The translations under genes were made by a program, and so were the position numbers. 64,000 bases of DNA, taken from positions 4,544,001-4,608,000 of the forward strand of contig CBDETY010000003.1 in assembly GCA_965243025.1 (NCBI GenBank), in the 5' to 3' direction. Source of the stretch: Candidatus Latescibacterota bacterium (GTDB taxonomy: Bacteria > Latescibacterota > UBA2968 > UBA8231). Numbering within the stretch: the first letter of the stretch is position 1; every line of letters begins with the position of its first letter. The notes below the pieces were generated by a model, which was not told the DNA's origin, ran no database searches, and was given only the letters and a program-made list of their open reading frames with translations. This document shows, piece by piece, positions 52,354-60,425 of this stretch.

Positions 52354-52790
52354 CCGGCCTCGATCTTCTGCCCCGGCCCTCCGGGACCCTCCACCCAGTA
52401 CTCTCCGTCCTCGGACATCTCCTTCTTCCAGACAGGGACCGTCTGCTTGAGACGGTCGATGGCGAACTGACAGGCGGAAAAACCTTCCCCCCGGTGGGGG
52501 CTTGAAACGGCAATTAGAACGCTGATCTCCCCGATTTCGAGGCGGCCGACCCGGTGCAGAATGGCGATGTCGTCGATATTCCACCTCGCGACCGCTTCCT
52601 TGCCGATCTTCGCCATCTCCTGCTCGGCCATCGGCTTGTATGCCTCGTAGACGAGGTGATCGGTGCGCCTGCCGTTGCTGTTATCGCGAACCACCCCGGC
52701 GAAGGTCACCACGGCTCCGTCGCCATCCGCCCTGACGTCGTCGTACAGGGCTCCTGGAGCTATCGGGTCCTCCGTTATTCTGAAAAGCAT
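52332..52790 (-). CDS. moaE: molybdopterin synthase catalytic subunit
   Basis: GAVVTFAGVVR, YEAY.PMA, HRVG.L, HR, LKQTVPVWKKE. Confidence 0.93.
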   Translation of the reverse strand: MLFRITEDPIAPGALYDDVRADGDGAVVTFAGVVRDNSNGRRTDHLVYEAYKPMAEQEMAKIGKEAVARWNIDDIAILHRVGRLEIGEISVLIAVSSPHRGEGFSACQFAIDRLKQTVPVWKKEMSEDGEYWVEGPGGPGQKIEAGCTTSAG

Positions 52791-52811
52791 TGCACCTCTT
52801 CCACCTGGGGA

Positions 52812-53060
52812 CTAACCCCCGCTCACCGGCGGGATGACGGCCAGCTCGTCGCCGTCCGAAATCGGGGAATCTCCTCCCACGTACTCGGCATTTCTGGCAA
52901 ATGCAACCGATTTGGAGATCCCCCGCAACTGCGGAAACTTCGCGAGGACGACATCGAATGCCTCTTCCACCGTCGAGACCGTTTCCGGCAACTCGATCTC
53001 CAGCTCCTTGCGGCCGACCGCTTCCCGGCACCCGGCAAACATCAGCAGTTTAACCCGCAT
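52812..53060 (-). CDS. moaD: MoaD/ThiS sulfur carrier
   Basis: VKLLMFA..REAVG, DGDELAVIPPVSGG with C-terminal diglycine. Confidence 0.93.
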   Translation of the reverse strand: MRVKLLMFAGCREAVGRKELEIELPETVSTVEEAFDVVLAKFPQLRGISKSVAFARNAEYVGGDSPISDGDELAVIPPVSGG

Positions 53061-53109
53061 TTCGCCCCGATTGTTCCCCAAAAACCTCCTTGGGTTGCCT
53101 CACAACAAG

Positions 53110-53144
53110 AAAAAGCCGCCGGAACCATACCCGGCGGCTTTTTT
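53110..53144. terminator. intrinsic (bidirectional) terminator
   Basis: AAAAAGCCGCCGG-aaccatac-CCGGCGGCTTTTTT downstream of the surface-protein pair. Confidence 0.85.
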
Positions 53145-53188
53145 CCTGTTCCCGGCAGGGCACCAGTCGGGCGGCACCCCGCAAGATT

Positions 53189-54730
53189 TTACCTGACCAA
53201 GGTCATCTTCTTCATCGAGTTGAAACTTCCGGCCCTGATCTCGTAAAAATACACTCCCGAACCGACAGCCTGGCCGTTGCGGTTCAGACCGTCCCAGACC
53301 CGGCTGAACGTTCCGGCCGAAAGGTTCTCGCCGTCAACCAAGGTGCGCACCGTCTGCCCAGTGGCGTCGTAGACGGTAAGGGTAACCGGGGCAGCTTCGG
53401 ACAGATCGAAGCGAATGGTCGTTTCCGGGTTGAAGGGGTTGGGGAAATTCTGGGCAAGGGCATTGACCGACGGAACCAGACCCTGGTCGATAACCGTCAC
53501 CCCGAAAAAGACCTCAACCACCTGCGATCGGGTGGAGGACCCGTCGAGGTCGACCTGCTTCAGGTAATAGTAGACCAGCTCTGCGAGCGGAGGGTTGGAA
53601 TCGAGGAACTGGTAGGTCCTGTACTCGTCGACCGTTCCTTCCCCCGGGACCAGGTCCCCGATACGCTCGTAAATGGTGTCATCGGTGCTCCGGAAGACCT
53701 CCCAGCCGAGGTTGTTCGTCTGGGAAACAACGCCCCATCTCAGAAGAACCTCGGTGTCTCCGGTAATTTCGGCGGCGAAGCTGGCCAACTCAGCAGGTAC
53801 CGGGATGTCCCAGGTGATGCTGAAATCCACGCTGAGGTCTCTCGATTGCCCGAGTGAGTTCGGTGCGCTGGTGGAAGCCGAAACCGAAACGCTCGTGCTC
53901 CCTGCTTCGTCGCCCCCTTCGCAATCCAGAGTCAGCGAAGCAAGGCCGTCAGCCCCGGAGTTGCCGGTGACTATGACATCGGCCGTGTTTGCGGTTATCT
54001 CCATGCCGCCGTTACCGAGAAGGAACACGGACTCGGCCCCGTTGTTGGTGATCGACCAGGTTATCTCCTGGCCTTCCATCGCCGCGCCAGTGGCATCGGT
54101 GAAACTGACCCCGAGGGTTACCTCTCCATCGCTGCCGTCAAGAGTTCCGCCATCACCGACCAAAGCCGAGAAATCCAGAGAGAGGTCGGTGGCGCCGACC
54201 GCGGACAACGCCGGCTCGGAAACCGGCGGGTTCACGGTTATCGAAATTCCGACCGCGCCGGCATCGAACTCATCCCGGTCAGCGGATGAAGAACCGACGG
54301 AAACCGCGCTAACGGTAATGGTAGCCTCGATGCTTTCGGAGAAAGACCCGGAAGCAGTCAAAACGAAATCACCCAGCGAGGCATCCCCGTCCACGGCACC
54401 GGTGAAATTGGCGGCCCCGACTTTCACCGTGCCATCCCCCACCTCCGTTCCGGGAGCTACAAAGTCCTCTGCAGGAGTGAAGGCCGTCGCCGACAGATCA
54501 AAAGCGTCCGCCGGGGTTACTGAAATTGTCATGTCGTATTGAGACACGCCGACCATTCCCGCTGCGGAGACATTGAGGGAAACAGTTCCCCCAGCTCCAA
54601 CCCCGACAACCTCCGTATCACTGGTAGTTGAAAAGGTGACGCCTTCATTGTCACCTGCGAAAGCTACACCAGCCAGAGCGATTACGAAGGTGAGGGCAAA
54701 TGGCGCGGCCTTTCGCACGCGATTGAGCAT
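53189..54730 (-). CDS. secreted acidic protein: cohesin-like and Ig-like domains with FlgD/T9SS-like tail
   Basis: SD GAGG, signal peptide (..GVAFA), PVPAELASF..V.L.W...TNNLGWEV.RS, YYYLKQVDLDG, QNFPNPFNPET...SGVYFY...KKMTLVR. Confidence 0.85.
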   Translation of the reverse strand: MLNRVRKAAPFALTFVIALAGVAFAGDNEGVTFSTTSDTEVVGVGAGGTVSLNVSAAGMVGVSQYDMTISVTPADAFDLSATAFTPAEDFVAPGTEVGDGTVKVGAANFTGAVDGDASLGDFVLTASGSFSESIEATITVSAVSVGSSSADRDEFDAGAVGISITVNPPVSEPALSAVGATDLSLDFSALVGDGGTLDGSDGEVTLGVSFTDATGAAMEGQEITWSITNNGAESVFLLGNGGMEITANTADVIVTGNSGADGLASLTLDCEGGDEAGSTSVSVSASTSAPNSLGQSRDLSVDFSITWDIPVPAELASFAAEITGDTEVLLRWGVVSQTNNLGWEVFRSTDDTIYERIGDLVPGEGTVDEYRTYQFLDSNPPLAELVYYYLKQVDLDGSSTRSQVVEVFFGVTVIDQGLVPSVNALAQNFPNPFNPETTIRFDLSEAAPVTLTVYDATGQTVRTLVDGENLSAGTFSRVWDGLNRNGQAVGSGVYFYEIRAGSFNSMKKMTLVR

Positions 54731-54827
54731 TTCCTCTCTCCTGATCAATGATACGCGACCCAAGTTGGCCATCCCGTTAGAACTGCGTTCGACTTCTGCT
54801 TGCGCTTGAAAATTCGGTTCTAATATA

Positions 54828-54862
54828 AGTACGGGACCCCGCTGAGGGCAGGGTCCCGTACT
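54828..54862 (-). terminator. intergenic stem-loop (terminator or mRNA-stabilising hairpin)
   Basis: 12-bp perfect stem AGTACGGGACCC/GGGTCCCGTACT followed on the - strand by TATATT rather than a clean U-tract. Confidence 0.6.
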
Positions 54863-54886
54863 CACTTTCACCGCCGTGCCCTCCGC

Positions 54887-57800
54887 CTACTTGAGCAGCA
54901 GCATCTTCTTGACGTCGGCGAACTCACCTCCAACCTGGACGCGGTAGAAGTAAATCCCCGACGACATGCTCTGGCCGCGGTCGTTGGTGGCGTCCCACTG
55001 GACTGCGTAGCGGCCGGCAGTCTGGCGCTCGTTGACCAGAGTCCTGACTACCTGCCCCAGCATGTTGTAAACCTCCAGCTTCACGTCACCGGCTTCCGGC
55101 AAGTCGTACTTGAGGGTGGTCTCCGGGTTGAACGGGTTCGGGAAGTTGTTCCGAAGCGCGTACACCTCGGGACGGGTCTGAATCCGAACCGAAACCGGAG
55201 TGTCCAGACTGTTCAAGCCGTAATTGCCGTCTCTCAACTCGCCGCTGAGGATCTCGATGTAGCTGTCCTCGATCTCCCTGAGAGAGCGGAATACGAGGTT
55301 CAACCCGAGATCGCCCTCGGTGCCTACGTCTCCGTAAGCGACGAGCGACACGAGACCGTCCTTGTTGGCAACCACATGACCGTCCGCGAACTCGCCGGTA
55401 CCGAGGATGCTGTTCTCCACCTCGGTGCCTACGTAGGTCAGGAGCTGCGGATCGTAGCTGACGCTCAACCCGTAACCCTTGAGCTCGGCGAAGTCCTGCA
55501 GGCTGACGGCGATGGCCATCTCTTCCCCGACCCTCGGCAACTCGAGGCCGGCGTCGAGGTAGAAGCGGGCGTCGCTGTTCAGACCGGCCATGAAGTTGGG
55601 CAAGCCCTTCCCAACACCCTCGATCTCCCTGCCGAAGAAATCGGCAAAGGTGAAGAAGTCGTTGAGGTCGATCTTGTTGTTCTGACTCAGGTCGAACGCG
55701 GGCTCGAAGGATTCGTCTTCAGCCGTGAGACCGAACTGGTCCGCGAGGATGAAGAAGTCATCGAAGCCCACCTGGTTGTCCGCCCCGAACAGACCGAAGA
55801 CGGCCTTGCCGTTGGAGTCGAAGACACGGTTCCGGATCGCCATCGCGGTCTTCTCCATGATGGTTTCACCGAGGTTGTCCTGGTCGAAGGGGCGGACCTG
55901 GTAGGTGTAACGAATCCCGTTGAAGACCATCTGGTCCTCGAAGGAAGTCGAGCCACCCGGAGCCTCGCCTACGACTTCGTACGCCGCGTCTCCGATCCTG
56001 CGGAACACTTTGTATCCCTTAACACCGGCAGTCGTGTAGATCTGACCGCCGACAGCCTGTCCGACCGAAGTGGTAACCATGTGGTCATCCGGAGACTTCG
56101 CCCAGGAGACCGTTATGCTGCCACCCGCGTCACCCGGGGTATCCAGGACCCTCATGTAAGGAATGGCTCCCGGAGGAATGTTGTCGATCGCCCGAACGGC
56201 TTCCGACCGCACTCTCTCGGACAGGTAAGCGTTGTCTACAGCCTTCATCAAGGGAGCGATCCCCTTGGTGGAGAAGGCAATGGCCTCCGGAGTCAAGGCG
56301 GCGAACAGCGGGCCGTCCGAAACCTTCGGCTGGACGGCAGACTCCTTGCTCATCGCCATCGTCTGAGCCATCACCTCGTAAGGATTGGAGAGGCTCATAC
56401 CGGGCATGAAAGCCTGCTTGCTCGCCGGCACCACATACTCGGCGGCAACCTCGAACGCCGTGGCATCCGAATCGAGAGTCGCTACCACGACCCGCATGAG
56501 ACCCGGATCGGGAACGGCGTCGACGAACGCCCACGGAATGAAAGCCATGGCGTCCTCTGCCTGCACTATGCTGCCGTCTTCCCCGAGGACGTGGGTAACG
56601 GCGATCTCACGATAAATGCGGTACCCGTCGATGATGTCGTGGTTGTCCGACGGGTCGAAGGTCAGGAGGACGAAACCGCCCTGATCACCGTTGCCGAGCG
56701 CACCTCTGAAGTCCTCGGCGATGAGGGTATCAGGAGCATCGATCTCCTCCACCGGCGGTCCGACCGGAGGCCGTCCAGGATCGACAGGATCACCCTCGAC
56801 GTTGATCACACCGGAGACGCCGTGGATGAAAGTGTCACCCTGCTGCACGATGTCTCTGACCGTAACCACCATTGTCGTGAACGATGTAGCCAAACCGGAA
56901 TTGGCGATGAAGCTGCCCGTTCCGTCCCGGATGGGCACGTCACCGGCGGGGACTATCGCGCCGATCTGGTTGGCCGTAACATTCACGAAACGGCTGTCCT
57001 TCTCGCGCACGTTCCCGAACGAGTCGGCGATGCTGACCTCGACAGTGAAGTCCTCACCCCTGGTGACGGGATCCGCCGGGCCTGAAACAATCAGCCTTGC
57101 ATAAGCGTCGTCCTGAATCAGGACCGTGTCCCGAAGCGCTCCAACGATACCTTCCCCCTGCAAGCTGAATACGAGCTTACCGTTCGAAACGGTGTCGCGG
57201 ATGGCCACCTTCCGCGTTCCGTCCGAACCCCAGCCGTCGTCGTCCAGATTGATGACGTTGCCTCCGCCCTCCGGCTGGGAAGCACCGGGGCTGCTCTTCT
57301 CGACCAGGTCGACGCCCTGACCACCCATTACCGTAAGGGTGGCTTCCTCGCGGTACAGGAAGGCCGTCTTGTCGTCCTCCGTCTTAGCCTGAAGGGTTAA
57401 CACCATGACCTTGCCTGCATTGATCATCTGCATCTTGTCGTCATCAAGCTTGTCCTTGTTGTCGTCCTTGAATCCCCTCAGCTTGAACTGGTCGGACTTG
57501 CCATCTTGTTCAGCAATTTCGAGGTCGAAACTGGCGGCAGGTACCAACTCGTGGTCCTCGTCGAAGGTAAAGGTGTCAGGACCGGCCTGCGTCCAGTTTC
57601 CGGCGGCGTCCCGGGCGTCGATTCGGACATAATACATCCTGCCGTCCTCGAGACCGGTCACGCTCAACTCGGTAAAGGTATCCTTCGCCAGGCCATCGCC
57701 TCCGATGGTCAGGGTATCGTTCTTGGATACATCAGCAGACCCAGGACCGAGATGCTTGTAGATAACGGCCAGGGTGTCAGCGTCCTTGTTCAGCTCCACG

Positions 57801-60016
57801 CTGACATTGGCGCTGGCGGCCCCCAGGGTCCTGAGGTCATCGTCGGTCCCGTCCATGATCGGGAACTTGTGGGTGAAGCCGATGTCCTTGAGATCCAGGG
57901 TAACGCCGCTTCGCGTCTCCTTCGGCCCTTCGTTTCCGGCAATGTCCGTGGCGACGAACTCGAAGACGTAATCCGTCTTCCCGTCCGACAGGAGGGCGCC
58001 TTCATAGTCCCCTCTCGCAACCGTAAACGAACCTGCCTCGTCGAACTGGCCGGCGTTGTCGCCGCCCTTGTCCTTCCAGATTTCCACGATGTCATTGGCA
58101 TCGATGTCATCTGCGGGGCCTGCGGCGATCATCCTGCTCAGATCGATCGCGATCCTGCTGTCGGTCTTCAGCCCGTCATAACTGAAATTCAGCGGCTTGG
58201 CATTGTCCAAGCCGCTGTTCTCGCTATTGATCTCCACAACCACGGGCGGCCGGTCGGCAAGCGCGCTCTTCAAGGTGAGCTTGAGCTGACCGAGCGTCTC
58301 ATTCGGCACGTAGACCGGCGGATTCTCGTCGGCAGGCAGGTCGACATCCCTGTTACGTCCACCGCCGGAAATCCTGTCCCCGCCCAGAGGGGCGGCAACG
58401 AGGGTGTCTCCACCGTCATCCGCCGCTTTTATCCCGGCTATGATGGTAGCTCCACCGTTCTTGAGTTCCGTGACCCCGGTCCCCGCTGCGCGGGAGGCCA
58501 GGGACGGCTTCACTCCGTCAACAAGAATGGCCGTTGTAACTTCGGCAGCAGGTTCCCCATCGCCGTCTATCGAGAAGCTTGCAGCCGTGTTTCCGGCGCC
58601 ATCCCGGATGTTGGCCGTCAATACCAGCGGCGCATCCGAAAGATCCGGGTACTCGTTCTCGGCGATAGCGTCCTTGTGCTGCAAGATAGTTTTTCGGGAT
58701 CCCTCGGATTTCTCAAAGTACCCCGAGGCGTCCGCAGTTGATACCTTGCCTCCTGCCTTTACGACAATTGACCAATCCCCTTGAAGGTTCGTCCGGATAT
58801 TGCCGTACTCGTCATCGTTCAACTCGATATAGGCAATAAGCGTATCCTGGATTCCCAGGACGATTCGATCGGTCGGAAGCTTGCCCGCCCCTATCAAGGA
58901 TGCCGCGTCAGCCGAACTGCCATCGGCGTCTACCGTCAAACCTCCGAGGGCGGTAAACCCTGTTGCATATCGAAGATCAGCCCCTTTGAGCTCCTTGGCG
59001 TAACCGAGACCTGCAAAATCCACCGCGTGGTAGTCGCCATCCTCTCGACCCACAAGAGCCGAAATTCCGTCTCTATCGTCATCCGAACCATCAGTTGCTG
59101 AGGCATCTGGCTCGTCAGCATCCATCTTGAACCCAAAACCGTCCTCCTCAAACGGCCTCGAGAAATGCAGATAATTCCCCTGAACCGGACGGTCGCCGTC
59201 AATCTTCATCGAGTTGTCCGAAAGGACTATGGACGAATAGGCAGTTCCATCTCTAACGACAGCCGCCGCATAAACCTCGTCGTGCTCGCCCATGATTTCA
59301 GAGCCCGTCGAGTACCATCTGATCAGGTACCTCGTATCAACGGCTACGTTCTTGTGCTTGCTCTCCGCGATCTTGGAATCGTCGATGCCTGTCCCGGTTA
59401 TAAACAGCGAGTCGGCATCGCCTACCCATTTCCTGTCCGCCTCGGGAGTGGGAGTATCACCTTCTGCAGGAATATCGTTCCGGTCCGTTCCGCGGTCCGC
59501 TGTCCGAAAGGCAGCAAACGGGTTATCGGCACCGGGAGCATCCGCGTAAGAACTGCCTCTCACCGGGGCATCAATGGTGGCCCCTGTGGTGGTGGCTTCA
59601 TTGATTATGGCCGGCGAGGCGCCAACAGTGAAAGGGGCTATACTGGATGAGGTGCCAAATGCCCCATCGAGAAATGCCGCAGCAGTTCCGCCGCCGAAAT
59701 TACTGGCGTGTTGAGCAAGCCTTTCTTTGCCCCGAACGTCGTTGTCCCAACCGCTTTCAACGATCAAGGTGTCGGTCACATTCCCGTCGTTGTCTTTCTC
59801 AAGCGCAACAAGAAAGACTGCAACCTCAAGCGCCGGGTCTTCGTCGAAGTCCTGCACCGTGACATCGACCTGGAAGACGCCGTCGATTCCGACCAGCCCC
59901 CCCTTCTTGATGGTCACGCCCTCGACCGTCTGCGCCAGAAGCTCACCGCTTCCTATCGGGCCCAGACCTACGAGACCCAGGAGCGTCAGGATAATCCACT
60001 GTCTGCTACGATGCAT
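54887..60016 (-). CDS. about 1700-aa secreted surface protein (Ig-like repeats, dockerin-like EF-hand pair, cohesin-like domain, FlgD/T9SS-like tail)
   Basis: SD GAGG, signal peptide, D-x-A/F-G-N Ig motifs, VGFDDFFILADQFG...DLSQNNKIDLNDFFTFADFFG, LKGYGLSVSYDP, NNFPNPFNPET...KKMLLLK. Confidence 0.88.
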   Translation of the reverse strand: MHRSRQWIILTLLGLVGLGPIGSGELLAQTVEGVTIKKGGLVGIDGVFQVDVTVQDFDEDPALEVAVFLVALEKDNDGNVTDTLIVESGWDNDVRGKERLAQHASNFGGGTAAAFLDGAFGTSSSIAPFTVGASPAIINEATTTGATIDAPVRGSSYADAPGADNPFAAFRTADRGTDRNDIPAEGDTPTPEADRKWVGDADSLFITGTGIDDSKIAESKHKNVAVDTRYLIRWYSTGSEIMGEHDEVYAAAVVRDGTAYSSIVLSDNSMKIDGDRPVQGNYLHFSRPFEEDGFGFKMDADEPDASATDGSDDDRDGISALVGREDGDYHAVDFAGLGYAKELKGADLRYATGFTALGGLTVDADGSSADAASLIGAGKLPTDRIVLGIQDTLIAYIELNDDEYGNIRTNLQGDWSIVVKAGGKVSTADASGYFEKSEGSRKTILQHKDAIAENEYPDLSDAPLVLTANIRDGAGNTAASFSIDGDGEPAAEVTTAILVDGVKPSLASRAAGTGVTELKNGGATIIAGIKAADDGGDTLVAAPLGGDRISGGGRNRDVDLPADENPPVYVPNETLGQLKLTLKSALADRPPVVVEINSENSGLDNAKPLNFSYDGLKTDSRIAIDLSRMIAAGPADDIDANDIVEIWKDKGGDNAGQFDEAGSFTVARGDYEGALLSDGKTDYVFEFVATDIAGNEGPKETRSGVTLDLKDIGFTHKFPIMDGTDDDLRTLGAASANVSVELNKDADTLAVIYKHLGPGSADVSKNDTLTIGGDGLAKDTFTELSVTGLEDGRMYYVRIDARDAAGNWTQAGPDTFTFDEDHELVPAASFDLEIAEQDGKSDQFKLRGFKDDNKDKLDDDKMQMINAGKVMVLTLQAKTEDDKTAFLYREEATLTVMGGQGVDLVEKSSPGASQPEGGGNVINLDDDGWGSDGTRKVAIRDTVSNGKLVFSLQGEGIVGALRDTVLIQDDAYARLIVSGPADPVTRGEDFTVEVSIADSFGNVREKDSRFVNVTANQIGAIVPAGDVPIRDGTGSFIANSGLATSFTTMVVTVRDIVQQGDTFIHGVSGVINVEGDPVDPGRPPVGPPVEEIDAPDTLIAEDFRGALGNGDQGGFVLLTFDPSDNHDIIDGYRIYREIAVTHVLGEDGSIVQAEDAMAFIPWAFVDAVPDPGLMRVVVATLDSDATAFEVAAEYVVPASKQAFMPGMSLSNPYEVMAQTMAMSKESAVQPKVSDGPLFAALTPEAIAFSTKGIAPLMKAVDNAYLSERVRSEAVRAIDNIPPGAIPYMRVLDTPGDAGGSITVSWAKSPDDHMVTTSVGQAVGGQIYTTAGVKGYKVFRRIGDAAYEVVGEAPGGSTSFEDQMVFNGIRYTYQVRPFDQDNLGETIMEKTAMAIRNRVFDSNGKAVFGLFGADNQVGFDDFFILADQFGLTAEDESFEPAFDLSQNNKIDLNDFFTFADFFGREIEGVGKGLPNFMAGLNSDARFYLDAGLELPRVGEEMAIAVSLQDFAELKGYGLSVSYDPQLLTYVGTEVENSILGTGEFADGHVVANKDGLVSLVAYGDVGTEGDLGLNLVFRSLREIEDSYIEILSGELRDGNYGLNSLDTPVSVRIQTRPEVYALRNNFPNPFNPETTLKYDLPEAGDVKLEVYNMLGQVVRTLVNERQTAGRYAVQWDATNDRGQSMSSGIYFYRVQVGGEFADVKKMLLLK

Positions 60017-60124
60017 CTTTTCCTCCTTATTCAGGAATGATTTCCCTCGACAGAATTCCACGGGCCATCTCCCGATTCCAACCCGAACTCTGCGGTTTGA
60101 AGATACTTGTTTCGGAGCTTTCCA

Positions 60125-60153
60125 AAGCTACGGTTGCCAAATATGAATGTCAA
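60125..60153 (-). promoter_or_regulatory. sigma70 promoter P1 of the surface-protein genes
   Basis: TTGACA-N17-TAGCTT. Confidence 0.6.
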
Positions 60154-60284
60154 GTGGGAATTTCCGGGAGATCTCACTTTCCCCACGGTTGTCGGAGAAA
60201 TCATTTTTCACCGTTTCTGCGGGGCAAAAGGAGAGGCAGGAAAGGGGCGTCAAGGGGATTATGACGCCGACAACTGATGCGCCA

Positions 60285-60314
60285 ATCATAACCCCGTCAG
60301 CACGGGAATGTCAA
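60285..60314 (-). promoter_or_regulatory. sigma70 promoter P2 of the surface-protein genes
   Basis: TTGACA-N18-TATGAT. Confidence 0.55.
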
Positions 60315-60425
60315 GGATATTTTCCGGGGAGCGGGGGTGTTTGCGGCGGGGCGCATATGCCCGGGTTCTCGAACTTTTCCGGACCGGCTTCCCCGGGCGG
60401 CCAGGGGACCGGGAACTGTCCTCCT

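Noticed and set aside
53189-60016. Cellulosome or prophage/genomic island reading of the lower-GC block
   Set aside because: No glycoside hydrolase motifs, integrase, phage genes or flanking direct repeats were seen.
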